A stretch of 32,000 bases of DNA, from contig NZ_LN831039.1 in NCBI RefSeq assembly GCF_001457595.1, forward strand, positions 2,730,001 through 2,762,000, given 5' to 3'. Origin of the DNA: Mycolicibacterium smegmatis (GTDB lineage Bacteria; Actinomycetota; Actinomycetes; Mycobacteriales; Mycobacteriaceae). The notes beneath the pieces are model-generated. The model saw nothing but the letters and a program-made list of their open reading frames with translations. It was not told where the DNA came from and searched no databases. How positions within the stretch are numbered: position 1 is the first letter of the stretch; every line of letters starts with the position of its first letter. Positions 1-9,679 of the stretch are shown here, piece by piece. The position numbers were made by a program, and so were the translations under genes.

Positions 1-392
1 CCACCAAGATCGGTGCGCTCGTGGAGGCCATCGGTGGCGGCGAGCGGGACAAGGAGACCCCCATCAGCGTCGTGGGGGCCAGCATCATCGGCGGTGAGAC
101 CGTCGACGCCGGGCTGTGGGTTGCGTTCTGGTTCTTCCTGGCGCAGCTGAACTTCGTGCTCGGCGCCATCAACCTGGTGCCGCTGCTGCCGTTCGACGGC
201 GGCCACATCGCGGTGGCCACCTACGAGAAGATCCGCAACATGATCCGTTCCGCGCGCGGCATGGTCGCCGCGGGGCCGGTCAACTACCTCAAGCTCATGC
301 CCGCCACGTACGTGGTGCTCGCGGTGGTGGCCGGCTACATGCTGCTGACGGTGACCGCGGATCTGGTCAACCCACTGAGCATCTTCCAATAG
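1..392 (+). CDS. rip1: Site-2 (M50) zinc metalloprotease, Rip1/RseP family, C-terminal part; 5' end lies outside the window
   Basis: The frame is open from the window edge. It carries the M50 motif [12 protein letters not shown] and C-terminal transmembrane helices. It sits directly upstream of ispG, as in mycobacteria. Confidence 0.85.
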   Translation, partial: TKIGALVEAIGGGERDKETPISVVGASIIGGETVDAGLWVAFWFFLAQLNFVLGAINLVPLLPFDGGHIAVATYEKIRNMIRSARGMVAAGPVNYLKLMPATYVVLAVVAGYMLLTVTADLVNPLSIFQ

Positions 393-408
393 TTTTCGAG
401 GAGACACT

Positions 409-1575
409 GTGACATCCATCGGTCTGGGTATGCCGGCACCTCCGGCGCCCACGCTTGCGCCGCGGCGCAAGACCCGTCAGCTCAATGTGGGCGGCGTCGG
501 CATCGGCAGCGAGCACCCGATCGCGGTGCAGTCCATGTGCACCACCAAGACCCACGACGTCAACTCCACACTGCAGCAGATCGCCGAGCTGACCGCGTCG
601 GGCTGTGACATCGTGCGTGTGGCGTGCCCGCGTCAGGAGGACGCCGACGCGCTGGCCGAGATCGCGCGGCACAGCCAGATCCCGGTGATCGCCGACATCC
701 ACTTCCAGCCCAAGTACATCTTCGCCGCGATCGACGCGGGCTGTGCGGCGGTGCGCGTCAACCCCGGCAACATCAAGGAGTTCGACGGCCGGGTCAAAGA
801 GGTCGCCAAGGCCGCCGGGGATGCGGGCATCCCGATCCGCATCGGCGTCAACGCGGGTTCGCTCGACAAGCGGTTCCTGGAGAAGTACGGCAAGGCCACA
901 CCCGAGGCGCTCGTCGAGTCGGCACTGTGGGAGGCGTCGTTGTTCGAGGAACACGGCTTCGGCGACATCAAGATCAGCGTCAAGCACAACGACCCGGTGA
1001 TCATGGTCGCGGCCTACGAGCAGCTCGCCGCGCAGTGCGACTATCCGCTGCACCTCGGCGTCACCGAGGCGGGCCCGGCGTTCCAGGGCACCATCAAGTC
1101 GGCGGTCGCGTTCGGGGCGTTGCTGAGCAAGGGCATCGGCGACACCATCCGCGTCTCGCTGTCGGCGCCGCCGGCCGAAGAGGTCAAGGTCGGCAACCAG
1201 ATCCTGGAGTCGCTGAACCTGCGGCCGCGCGGGCTGGAGATCGTGTCGTGCCCGTCGTGCGGACGCGCCCAGGTGGACGTCTACACACTGGCCAACGCCG
1301 TCACCGCGGGCCTCGACGGTCTCGACGTGCCGCTGCGGGTCGCGGTGATGGGCTGCGTGGTCAACGGACCCGGCGAGGCGCGCGAGGCCGACCTCGGTGT
1401 GGCCTCCGGCAACGGCAAGGGCCAGATCTTCGTCAAGGGCGAGGTCATCAAGACCGTGCCCGAGGCCCAGATCGTGGAAACGCTCATCGAAGAGGCCATG
1501 CGGCTCGCCGAGGAAATCGGCACGGCGCGAGGTTCAGATGATGCGAGCGGTTCGCCCGTGGTGACCGTAAGCTGA
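409..1575 (+). CDS. ispG: 4-hydroxy-3-methylbut-2-enyl diphosphate synthase (IspG/GcpE)
   Basis: 388 aa with typical GcpE sequence ([23 protein letters not shown] Fe-S cysteines). GTG start at 409 is preceded by a GAGGAG Shine-Dalgarno at 398-403. Confidence 0.95.
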   Translation: MTSIGLGMPAPPAPTLAPRRKTRQLNVGGVGIGSEHPIAVQSMCTTKTHDVNSTLQQIAELTASGCDIVRVACPRQEDADALAEIARHSQIPVIADIHFQPKYIFAAIDAGCAAVRVNPGNIKEFDGRVKEVAKAAGDAGIPIRIGVNAGSLDKRFLEKYGKATPEALVESALWEASLFEEHGFGDIKISVKHNDPVIMVAAYEQLAAQCDYPLHLGVTEAGPAFQGTIKSAVAFGALLSKGIGDTIRVSLSAPPAEEVKVGNQILESLNLRPRGLEIVSCPSCGRAQVDVYTLANAVTAGLDGLDVPLRVAVMGCVVNGPGEAREADLGVASGNGKGQIFVKGEVIKTVPEAQIVETLIEEAMRLAEEIGTARGSDDASGSPVVTVS

Positions 1576-1631
1576 TTGCTGACCCTGTGAGCCGGGTCAC
1601 CACACCCTCGGGTTGAGCAGAGAGAGTCTCG

Positions 1632-2486
1632 ATGTCGGCGCCACCCCTATTCCGCCTGGTCGATGAGCGACGGGTGTCCGTGGTGCGCGACACCGCGGCG
1701 GTGATGCGTGTCCTGGACGAGGATCCGGTCGCCGGATGCATGGTGGCCGCCAGGGTTGCCGAGTTCGGCGCCGAACCCGGGGCCATCGGCGGCGAGCTGT
1801 GGACGCGCCGCAAGCCCAGCGAATCGCTGTGTTACGCCGGGCCCAACATGATTCCGCTGCGCGGCAGCCTCGACGATCTGAAAGCCTTCTCCGACAAGGC
1901 CATGAGCATGGCGCGACGGTGCTCGTCCCTGGTCGGGCGGGCCGAGTTGGTGCTGCCGATGTGGGAGCGCCTCCAGTCGTTGTGGGGACCCGCGCGCGAC
2001 GTGCGGGCCCAGCAGCCGTTGATGGCGCTGAACTCCATGCCGCAGTGCGCTATCGACCCTGCCGTACGTCCCGTGCGGATGGAGGAGATCGACGCCTACC
2101 TGGTGGCGGCCGTCGACATGTTCATCGGCGAGGTCGGTGTGGACCCGCGCATCGGTGACGGCGGACGCGGCTACCGGCGGCGCATCGCGAGCCTGATCGC
2201 CACGGGGCGCGCATGGGCGCGGTTCGAACGCGGCGAGGTGGTGTTCAAGGCCGAGGTCGGGTCGCAGTCACCCGCGGTCGGTCAGATCCAGGGCGTGTGG
2301 GTGCACCCCGAACGGCGCGGACACGGCCTCGGCACGGCGGGCACGGCGGCGCTCGCGGCCGCTGTGGTGGCGGGCGGACGCACCGCGAGCCTCTACGTCA
2401 ACGACTACAACACCGTGGCGCGGGCCACCTACGCGCGCATCGGTTTCGAACAGGTCGGCACCTTCGCCACCGTGCTGCTGGACTGA
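1632..2486 (+). CDS. GNAT family N-acetyltransferase (Rv2867c-like)
   Basis: 284 aa. The C-terminal acetyl-CoA binding region reads QGVWVHPERRGHGLG...YARIGF. Its position after ispG matches mycobacterial synteny. Confidence 0.8.
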   Translation: MSAPPLFRLVDERRVSVVRDTAAVMRVLDEDPVAGCMVAARVAEFGAEPGAIGGELWTRRKPSESLCYAGPNMIPLRGSLDDLKAFSDKAMSMARRCSSLVGRAELVLPMWERLQSLWGPARDVRAQQPLMALNSMPQCAIDPAVRPVRMEEIDAYLVAAVDMFIGEVGVDPRIGDGGRGYRRRIASLIATGRAWARFERGEVVFKAEVGSQSPAVGQIQGVWVHPERRGHGLGTAGTAALAAAVVAGGRTASLYVNDYNTVARATYARIGFEQVGTFATVLLD

Positions 2487-2497
2487 CGCCCGCGTAC

Positions 2498-3037
2498 TCA
2501 CCCCAGCTGCGCGGCGTGGTGCAGGACCTCGTCGACCGACCACTGGTCATCCGCATGGCGGCCGTACTTGGCGGCGGCCACCGTGCCGTCAGGCGCGATG
2601 AGGAAGTCCGCGGGCAGGCCGAGTCGCCCGCCTGGCTGACGCAGCGACGGGGTACGGAACCGGCCTGCCGTGGTCAACGCGACGCCGCGAACGATCGAGG
2701 GCCAGCTGCGGGGATCGAGCAGGGCACGGGCGCCCTGCTCGACGCCGAATCTGCGGTAGACGACCTTGTCCGGATCGCCCACCGTCGCGAACGGCAGATC
2801 GGCTGTGTGACGGGCCAGTTCGTCGGCAGGGGAATGGAAGAACACGACCTCACGGATCGACGCGCGTTCCAGCTCGTCGTGGCGCGCCACGAACGACCTC
2901 AGGTGCAGATTGCAGATGGGGCAGCCGGCGAACCGGCGGAACTGTAGGTGCACCAGTCGGTCCGGATCCGGAACTCGTACCAGTTTGCCTGTGACGCTGT
3001 GGAATTCACTTGCGTTGATGGTGGTGGGCGGGGCCAT
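2498..3037 (-). CDS. Thioredoxin-fold AhpC/TSA-like redoxin
   Basis: CPIC redox motif within FRRFAGCPICNLHLRSF. I chose the ATG at 3037 (MAPPTT...) because a perfect AAGGAG Shine-Dalgarno lies 5 nt upstream on the minus strand. The ORF-track start at 3079 has none. Confidence 0.75.
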   Translation of the reverse strand: MAPPTTINASEFHSVTGKLVRVPDPDRLVHLQFRRFAGCPICNLHLRSFVARHDELERASIREVVFFHSPADELARHTADLPFATVGDPDKVVYRRFGVEQGARALLDPRSWPSIVRGVALTTAGRFRTPSLRQPGGRLGLPADFLIAPDGTVAAAKYGRHADDQWSVDEVLHHAAQLG

Positions 3038-3058
3038 GGCAACTCCTTGTGAAACGCC

Positions 3059-3117
3059 GGCGTGCACGTTGGCGTGCACCGTACGCTAACGCGAACGCTA
3101 TGGCGTACGGCGTACGC
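3059..3117. promoter_or_regulatory. Candidate TetR operator cluster in the redoxin/TetR divergent spacer
   Basis: GGCGTGCAC occurs twice with a 12-bp period (3059-3067, 3071-3079). CCGTACGC (3079-3086) and GCGTACGG (3103-3110) form an inverted repeat. GGCGTAC is tandemly repeated (3102-3115). All of this lies within the 90-bp spacer. Confidence 0.45.
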
Positions 3118-3127
3118 TGTCAACGTC

Positions 3128-3736
3128 ATGCCACGCCAACGCTCACTGACCCGCCCGCAGATCGCGGCCGCCGCGCTCGAGGTCGTCGACACCGACGGCC
3201 TCGGATCGCTGTCGATGCGCACGGTGGCGCGCAGGCTCGGGATGGGCACCATGTCGCTGTACCGCTATGTCGCCGACCGTGACGAACTCGAGGCGATGGT
3301 GGTCGAGCTGGTGCTCGAATCCGTCGACCTGCGGCCGCCTGCCGGCTCGGCGCGCCACCGGATCCTGGTGCTCGCCGAGCGGGTCCGCGACGCCACGGCC
3401 CGGCACCCCGCCGTCGTGCCGTTGCTGCTGGCCCACCGCCATCGCCTGCCGGCGTCGCTGCGGTGGGGCGAGGCAGTGCTCGGGGTGCTCGCCGAGGCTG
3501 GCTACGCAGGCAAGCGGCGCGTGTACGCGTTCCGTGCCCTGCTCGCCTGTACCTTCGGCGCCCTGGAGATCCAGCACCACAGCGCGCTGAGCGGCCCGGG
3601 CACCCGGGCCCTCGCCGAACTCCCCGCCGACGAGTTTCCCAGGTTGTCGGAGACCGCTGCCGCCGCGCGGGGGATCGGTGCGGGTGACGAGTTCCGGCAC
3701 GGCCTGGAGATCCTGCTGCGGGGCCTCCAGATCTGA
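3128..3736 (+). CDS. TetR family transcriptional regulator
   Basis: N-terminal HTH reads LTRPQIAAAALEVVDTDGLGSLSMRTVARRLGMGTMSLYRYV. I chose the ATG at 3128 because the upstream extension to 3062 would run through the divergent promoter region. It is divergent from the redoxin gene. Confidence 0.85.
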   Translation: MPRQRSLTRPQIAAAALEVVDTDGLGSLSMRTVARRLGMGTMSLYRYVADRDELEAMVVELVLESVDLRPPAGSARHRILVLAERVRDATARHPAVVPLLLAHRHRLPASLRWGEAVLGVLAEAGYAGKRRVYAFRALLACTFGALEIQHHSALSGPGTRALAELPADEFPRLSETAAAARGIGAGDEFRHGLEILLRGLQI

Positions 3737-3872
3737 CCGCCGCTCTGAGCGCAATTCCGGCCGGCGGTTCGATCGAATCCCGGCAGGTCACCGGACAAGA
3801 TCTCCGGCGTCTCGATTCGGTATCGGTGCGCCTCCGGAAAAACCACCCGCAACGTTCTTACCATCAGTCTCA

Positions 3873-5693
3873 ATGGCAACTCGAACATCACCAGTCACAC
3901 GGACCGCCGGTCTGCTCGCCGTCATCGGTGTGCTGGCGGCCTCGGCGCTGAGCGGTTGCACGCCGCGCCCCAACGGACCCGAACCGGCCGCCGAGATGTT
4001 CTTCGCGGCGCTCGCGACCGGCGACATCGCCGCGGCCGCCGAACTGTCCGATCGCCCCGACGAGGCCAAGACCGCGCTCAACGAGGCGTGGAACGGCCTG
4101 CAGGCGTTGCGCCTCGACGCGCAGATCCTCGGATCGAAGTACTCCGAGGACACCGGCAGCGTGGCCTACCGCTACACATGGCATCTGCCCAAGAACCGCA
4201 CGTGGACCTATGACGGCCAGCTCAACATGGTGCGCGACGAGGGCCGCTGGGAGGTGCGTTGGAGCGCAACCGGATTGCATCCGCGACTCGGTGAGCACCA
4301 GACCTTCGCACTGCGCGCCGACGCGCCGCGGCGGGCGTCGGTGAACGAGCGCGGCGGCACCGACGTTCTGGTGCCGGGGCAGATCTACCACTACGCGCTC
4401 GACGCGAAGGCCGCGGGCGCGGGACTCATGACGGCGGCACGCGCGGTGGCCGATGCGCTGCGCCCGTTCGATCCGGGTCTGGACCCGCAGCGGTTGGCCG
4501 AACAGGCGAGTTCCTCGGCGCAGCCCCTGAGCCTCATCACGCTCAAGCAGGCCGACCACGACCGCGTGGCGCCCGCGATCGCCGGCCTCGCCGGTGTCGT
4601 CGTCACGCCGCAGGCCGAATTGCTGCCCACCGACGAGACTTTCGCGCCGGCGATCGTCAACGAGGTCAAGAAGGCGGTGATCGACGACCTCGACGGTCAA
4701 CCGGGGTGGCGGGTGGTCACGGTCAACCAGAACGGCGTCGACGTCGACGTGCTCAACGAGGTGCCGGGACAGCCCGCGCCGTCGGTGACCATCAGTCTCG
4801 ACCGCGCGGTGCAGAACGCGGCGCAGAACGCGGTCAACACCACCGGCAAGCAGGCGATGATCGTGGCCATCAAGCCGTCCACGGGCGAGATCCTGGCGGT
4901 CGCGCAGAATGCTGCGGCCGACACCGGTGGACCGCTTGCGACGATGGGTCTGTACCCGCCCGGTTCGACGTTCAAGATCGTCACCGCGGGCGCTGCCATC
5001 GAACGCGACATGGCCACGCCCAACACGCTGCTGGGCTGCCCGGGCAAGCTCGACATCGGGCACCGCACCGTCCCCAACTACGGCGGTTTCGATCTCGGCG
5101 TCGTGCCGATGTCGCGCGCATTCGCCAGTTCGTGCAACACGACTTTCGCCGAACTCGCCAGCCGGATGCCGCCGCGCGGGCTCACGCAGGCCGCGGCGCA
5201 GTACGGCCTCGGGCTCGACTACCAGGTCGAGGGACTGCCGACGGTCTCCGGATCGGTGCCGCCGACCGTCAACCTCGCCGAGCGCACCGAGGACGGTTTC
5301 GGGCAGGGCAAGGTGCTCGCGAGCCCGTTCGGCATGGCCATGGTCGCCGCGACCGTCGCGGCAGGACGTACCCCGGTGCCGCACCTCATCGAGGGCCGCG
5401 AAACCGTCGTCGACGGCGACGCGGGCCAGATCAGCCAGAAGGTGATCGACGGGCTGCGCCCGATGATGCAGCTCGTGGTCACCAACGGGACGGCCAAGGA
5501 CCTCAAGGGTGTCGGCGATGTGCGCGGCAAGACCGGTGAGGCCGAGTTCGCCGGCGGATCGCATTCCTGGTTCGCGGGCTACCGCGGCGATCTGGCATTC
5601 GCCGCGCTGATCGTCGGCGGCGGCAGCTCGGAGTATGCGGTCCGCATGTGCAAGGCCATGTTCGACAGCATGCCCGCGGACTACCTCGTCTGA
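3873..5693 (+). CDS. Lipoprotein class B penicillin-binding protein (PBP-lipo, Rv2864c-like)
   Basis: Signal peptide with lipobox ALSGC. Transpeptidase motifs are present: STFK, SSCN (SxN) and KTGE (KTG). ATG at 3873 gives a typical lipoprotein N-terminus. The ORF-track start at 3678 adds 65 Arg/Ser-rich residues. Confidence 0.9.
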   Translation: MATRTSPVTRTAGLLAVIGVLAASALSGCTPRPNGPEPAAEMFFAALATGDIAAAAELSDRPDEAKTALNEAWNGLQALRLDAQILGSKYSEDTGSVAYRYTWHLPKNRTWTYDGQLNMVRDEGRWEVRWSATGLHPRLGEHQTFALRADAPRRASVNERGGTDVLVPGQIYHYALDAKAAGAGLMTAARAVADALRPFDPGLDPQRLAEQASSSAQPLSLITLKQADHDRVAPAIAGLAGVVVTPQAELLPTDETFAPAIVNEVKKAVIDDLDGQPGWRVVTVNQNGVDVDVLNEVPGQPAPSVTISLDRAVQNAAQNAVNTTGKQAMIVAIKPSTGEILAVAQNAAADTGGPLATMGLYPPGSTFKIVTAGAAIERDMATPNTLLGCPGKLDIGHRTVPNYGGFDLGVVPMSRAFASSCNTTFAELASRMPPRGLTQAAAQYGLGLDYQVEGLPTVSGSVPPTVNLAERTEDGFGQGKVLASPFGMAMVAATVAAGRTPVPHLIEGRETVVDGDAGQISQKVIDGLRPMMQLVVTNGTAKDLKGVGDVRGKTGEAEFAGGSHSWFAGYRGDLAFAALIVGGGSSEYAVRMCKAMFDSMPADYLV

Positions 5694-5742
5694 TCGCGTG
5701 TGATCTCGGCCGATGTGGCGGGGGCGGTAACCTGAAACCGCC

Positions 5743-6330
5743 ATGACGGGGACCAATGAGCAATCCGTGGACATGCGGGTGTCGGATGCCGACCGCAACG
5801 GGACATTGCGCCGGCTCCACAACGCCGTCGCGCTCGGGCTGATCGACATCGACGAGTTCGAGGAACGTTCGGCGCTGGTCTCTCAGGCCCGCCTGCACTC
5901 GGATCTGGCCGCGCTCGTGGGCGACCTGCCCGGACCGGGCGCCATCGTCACCTCGGCGGCCGACCGCGTCGAGTTGCGCGGTGTGCTCGGATCGCTCAAG
6001 CGCCAGGGGGAGTGGACGGTGCCGACGCGGCTCGCACTCGTGCGCCGCATGGGCTCGGTGGATCTGGACCTCACGCGCGCCCGGTTCGCGGGGCCCATCG
6101 TGGTGATCGAGATCGACATGAAGTTCGGCTCACTGGACATGCGGCTACCGGACGGTGCCAGCGCGTCGATCGACGACGTCGAGGTGATCGTCGGCAGTGC
6201 CACCGACCGCCGTCGCGACGCGCCCGCGGACGGGACGCCGCACGTGATCCTCACCGGCCGCGTCGTGTGCGGCTCGGTGGAGATCCGCGGCCCGCGCAAA
6301 GGCCTGTTCGGCCGGACCAAGACCCTCTAG
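5743..6330 (+). CDS. DUF1707 (SHOCT-like) domain protein, Rv2862c-like
   Basis: [33 protein letters not shown] is the DUF1707 signature. The C-terminal beta-rich region is unassigned. An alternative start is the ATG at 5773. Confidence 0.7.
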   Translation: MTGTNEQSVDMRVSDADRNGTLRRLHNAVALGLIDIDEFEERSALVSQARLHSDLAALVGDLPGPGAIVTSAADRVELRGVLGSLKRQGEWTVPTRLALVRRMGSVDLDLTRARFAGPIVVIEIDMKFGSLDMRLPDGASASIDDVEVIVGSATDRRRDAPADGTPHVILTGRVVCGSVEIRGPRKGLFGRTKTL

Positions 6331-6349
6331 CAAGACCTTCTGGCAGGCG

Positions 6350-6736
6350 CTATCGCGGGTCGAGAACCGCGAAACTCAGCGTCGCGCGTGCCGCCAGCCG
6401 GTCACGTCCGGCGTCGGTGACGTCCACCGCGGTGACGATGAGCCGCCGTCCCGCGCGGACCACGGTGGCGACGGCGCGCGCGGGTCCCGTCACGATCGGC
6501 GCCACGAAATGGACGTTCATGTCCGCGGTGGTCACATCCTGGCCGGGGCCCACCAGGCGACCCGCGAGGCGGCCCGCCGCGATGTCGATCAGGGTGGCCA
6601 CCAGCCCGCCCTGCAGGGCGCCACGGATGTTGGTGAGTTCAGGGCGGTTGTCCATCTCGATGACCATCCGCTCGTCGGTCTCTTCGACATCGCGCATACC
6701 CAGCTGATGGAGCACGTGCGTGGGCTCGGTGAGCAT
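6350..6736 (-). CDS. PaaI-family hotdog-fold thioesterase
   Basis: 128 aa with the typical hotdog core [17 protein letters not shown]. Confidence 0.75.
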   Translation of the reverse strand: MLTEPTHVLHQLGMRDVEETDERMVIEMDNRPELTNIRGALQGGLVATLIDIAAGRLAGRLVGPGQDVTTADMNVHFVAPIVTGPARAVATVVRAGRRLIVTAVDVTDAGRDRLAARATLSFAVLDPR

Positions 6737-6850
6737 GGCGTCACGTTACACCATTCTCAGATTCGGAGAGTCGCGTTCTCGCCGGTCGCCCACTGTGGCG
6801 GACGTCGCCGGATGCAGGTCGCAGGCCCAATTGTCGGTACCCTGACCGTT

Positions 6851-7708
6851 ATGTCCGTTCGTAGTGCCCTGCGCCCCGGCGTGCTCTCACCCACCCTTCC
6901 GGTGCCCAAATCGATCCCGCGTCCCGAGTACGCGTGGAAGCCGACGGTGCAGGAAGGCAGCGAACCGTGGGTGCAGACGCCCGAGGTCATCGAGAAGATG
7001 CGCGTGGCGGGCCGCATCGCGGCAGGCGCCCTGGCCGAGGCGGGCAGGGCCGTCGCCCCCGGTGTGACGACCGACGAACTCGACCGCATCGCGCACGAGT
7101 ACATGATCGACCACGGTGCGTACCCGTCGACGTTGGGCTACAAGGGCTTTCCGAAATCCTGCTGCACGTCGCTGAACGAGATCATCTGCCACGGCATCCC
7201 GGACTCGACCGTGATCGAGGACGGTGACATCGTCAACATCGACGTCACGGCCTACATCGACGGTGTGCACGGCGACACCAACGCCACGTTCCTCGCGGGC
7301 GACGTCTCCGAGGAGCACCGTCTGCTCGTCGAGCGCACGCACGAGGCCACCATGCGCGCCATCAAGGCCGTCAAGCCCGGGCGCGCGCTGTCGGTGGTCG
7401 GCCGGGTGATCGAGGCGTACGCGAACCGGTTCGGCTACAACGTCGTTCGTGACTTCACCGGTCACGGCATCGGCACCACGTTCCACAACGGCCTGGTGGT
7501 GCTGCACTACGACCAGCCCGCGGTCGAGACCGTGCTCGAGCCCGGCATGACGTTCACCATCGAGCCCATGATCAACCTCGGCACGCTCGACTACGAGATC
7601 TGGGACGACGGCTGGACCGTGGCCACCACCGACGGCAAGTGGACCGCGCAGTTCGAGCACACCCTCGTGGTCACCGAGGACGGCGCCGAGATCCTCACCC
7701 AGTTGTGA
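6851..7708 (+). CDS. map: Type I methionine aminopeptidase (MapB)
   Basis: 285 aa starting [14 protein letters not shown]...PEYAWKP, with a MetAP metal-ligand pattern. TACCCT (6838-6843) lies 7 nt before the ATG, which is leaderless geometry. The ORF-track start at 6509 overlaps the thioesterase gene. Confidence 0.92.
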   Translation: MSVRSALRPGVLSPTLPVPKSIPRPEYAWKPTVQEGSEPWVQTPEVIEKMRVAGRIAAGALAEAGRAVAPGVTTDELDRIAHEYMIDHGAYPSTLGYKGFPKSCCTSLNEIICHGIPDSTVIEDGDIVNIDVTAYIDGVHGDTNATFLAGDVSEEHRLLVERTHEATMRAIKAVKPGRALSVVGRVIEAYANRFGYNVVRDFTGHGIGTTFHNGLVVLHYDQPAVETVLEPGMTFTIEPMINLGTLDYEIWDDGWTVATTDGKWTAQFEHTLVVTEDGAEILTQL

Positions 7709-9195
7709 CCGGCGGGGCCCTGCTGGTCGCGGGCACCACGTCCGACGCGGGCAAGTCGATGCTGGTCGGCGGGCTGTGCCGGCTGCTGGTACGCAAAGGC
7801 CTTTCGGTGGCGCCCTTCAAGGCGCAGAACATGTCGAACAACTCGGCGGTGACCGTCGAGGGTGGTGAGATCGGCCGCGCCCAGGCCATGCAGGCGCGCG
7901 CCGCGGGCCTGGCTCCCAGCGTGCGGTTCAACCCGATCCTGCTCAAGCCCGGCGGCGACCGCACGTCGCAACTCGTGGTACGCGGCCAGGTCACCGGTTC
8001 GGTGGCCGCCGCCGACTACATCAACCACCGCGACCACCTCGCGGCCGTCGTGGCCGACGAATTGTCCTCGCTGCGAGAAGATTTCGACGCCGTCATCTGC
8101 GAGGGCGCGGGTTCGCCCGCCGAGATCAACCTGCGCGCGACCGACCTGGCCAACCTGGGACTCGCACGCGCGGCCGCACTGCCGGTGATCGTCGTCGGCG
8201 ACATCGACCGCGGTGGTCTGCTGGCCCACCTGCACGGCACGGTCGCGGTGCTGGAGCCCGCCGATCAGGCGCTTGTCTCCGGGTTCGTCGTCAACAAGTT
8301 CCGCGGCGACCCGTCGCTGCTGGCACCCGGGCTGCGGCAACTCGCCGAACTCACCGGCCGACCGACCTACGGCGTGATCCCGTTCCACGACGAGATCTGG
8401 CTGGACACCGAGGATTCGGTGTCGGTGCGGCCCGGCGGGCTGGTCGGCGCGCCCGAGCCGCCGCGCGGTGAACAGACGCTGACCGTCGCGGCGATCCGGT
8501 TACCGCGCATCTCCAACTCGACCGACATCGAGGCGCTGGCGTGCGAACCGGGCGTGGTGGTCCGCTGGGTCACCGACGCGGCCGACCTCACCGGCGCCGA
8601 TCTCGTGGTGATCCCGGGCAGCAAGGCCACGGTCACCGATCTGCGGTGGCTGCGTGAGCGCGGGCTCGCCGCGGGCATCGCCGCGCACGCGGCGGCCGGA
8701 CGCGCCGTGCTCGGTGTGTGCGGCGGGTTCCAGATGCTGTGCAGCCGGATCGACGATCCGGTGGAGTCACGGGAGGGCCGGGTCGATGGCCTGGGCCTGC
8801 TCGACGCCGACATCGAGTTCGCCGCACAGAAGACATTGCGGCACTGGGAAACCCCGCTGCACGGCTACGAGATCCACCACGGCCAGGTGGCCCGTTCGGC
8901 CGAGACGGACTGGCTCGGGATCGGGCTGCGGCGCGGTGCGGTGTACGGCACCCACTGGCACGGACTGCTCGACAACGACGCGCTGCGGCGCGACTGGCTC
9001 ACCGAGGTCGCCGCAGCTGCGGGCCGCGACGGGTTCGTCGTCGCCGACGACGTCGACGTCTCCGCGCGCCGCGACGCACAACTGGATCTCATGGCCGACC
9101 TGATCGAAAACCACCTCGACGTGGGAGCGATCCTCGACCTGCTCGAACACGGCGCACCGCACCGGCCGACCATGTCCACCACACTTCACGTGTGA
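7705..9195 (+). CDS. cobQ: Cobyric acid synthase CobQ
   Basis: N-terminus [13 protein letters not shown], followed by [12 protein letters not shown] and a C-terminal GATase domain (GVCGGFQML). GTG at 7705 overlaps the map stop codon (GTGA). Confidence 0.9.
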   Translation: MTGGALLVAGTTSDAGKSMLVGGLCRLLVRKGLSVAPFKAQNMSNNSAVTVEGGEIGRAQAMQARAAGLAPSVRFNPILLKPGGDRTSQLVVRGQVTGSVAAADYINHRDHLAAVVADELSSLREDFDAVICEGAGSPAEINLRATDLANLGLARAAALPVIVVGDIDRGGLLAHLHGTVAVLEPADQALVSGFVVNKFRGDPSLLAPGLRQLAELTGRPTYGVIPFHDEIWLDTEDSVSVRPGGLVGAPEPPRGEQTLTVAAIRLPRISNSTDIEALACEPGVVVRWVTDAADLTGADLVVIPGSKATVTDLRWLRERGLAAGIAAHAAAGRAVLGVCGGFQMLCSRIDDPVESREGRVDGLGLLDADIEFAAQKTLRHWETPLHGYEIHHGQVARSAETDWLGIGLRRGAVYGTHWHGLLDNDALRRDWLTEVAAAAGRDGFVVADDVDVSARRDAQLDLMADLIENHLDVGAILDLLEHGAPHRPTMSTTLHV

Positions 9196-9197
9196 AT

Positions 9198-9225
9198 CTC
9201 AAGGGTGCATGCGGGCGCCCTTGAG
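9198..9225. terminator. Hairpin at the cobQ/DUF2000 convergent junction; possible bidirectional, U-tail-less terminator
   Basis: Perfect 8-bp inverted repeat CTCAAGGG (9198-9205) and CCCTTGAG (9218-9225) with a 12-nt loop. It starts 3 nt after the cobQ stop and overlaps the last codons of the minus-strand gene. Confidence 0.35.
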
Positions 9226-9630
9226 CACCTTGTCGACCACGTTGCGGCCCGCGTACACCGCCAGGCCCACCAGATCGAGATCGTCGCGGCCCACCGCGCG
9301 CACCGCGGCACGGTTGTCGCGGTCGTTACCCGTGCTGAACAACTCGGCGGTGAAGATCGACGGCGACAACCCGCGCGACAGCGCACGGTGGTGTGCGTTG
9401 TGCAGGGTCTCCTTCGACCCTTCGAACACCAGCACCGGTTGGCCGAACATCGCGAGGTAGCCGGTGTCGTCGGCATCGGCATAGGGCGCACCGATCGTGT
9501 CCGGGTGGGCCGCCGCGATACCGCTTGCGAGAAACGCGCACACGTTCAACCGCTGCCAGCCCTCGAGGTCGTCCCGCAGGAGTACCGCGATCTTGGTGTC
9601 GAAACGCACGGGGGAGTCGGGGTGTTGCAT
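9199..9630 (-). CDS. DUF2000 domain protein
   Basis: 143 aa from the ATG at 9630. RFDTKIAVLLRDDLEGWQRLNVCAFLASG is typical of DUF2000 proteins. It is divergent from an AraC regulator. Confidence 0.7.
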   Translation of the reverse strand: MQHPDSPVRFDTKIAVLLRDDLEGWQRLNVCAFLASGIAAAHPDTIGAPYADADDTGYLAMFGQPVLVFEGSKETLHNAHHRALSRGLSPSIFTAELFSTGNDRDNRAAVRAVGRDDLDLVGLAVYAGRNVVDKVLKGARMHP

Positions 9631-9679
9631 GCACCCATGCTGCGGGCGCGCGGTGGCCGGAATCTTGTACGTTCTTGAT

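Noticed and set aside
3888-5849. 653-aa minus-strand ORF covering the whole PBP-lipo gene
   Set aside because: It is antisense to a gene with clear STFK/SxN/KTG motifs. Its translation is Arg/Gly/Ala/His-rich low-information sequence, typical of open antisense frames in high-GC DNA. It has no recognisable domain and no start-site signal.
9629-9679. ATG at 9629 as the araC start
   Set aside because: It would overlap the divergent DUF2000 start codon (GCATGC) and leave no promoter space. GTG at 9680 has a TANNNT hexamer at leaderless spacing and gives an N-terminus of typical length before the conserved WRP...HAYPxHTHD block. Confidence in this choice is moderate only.
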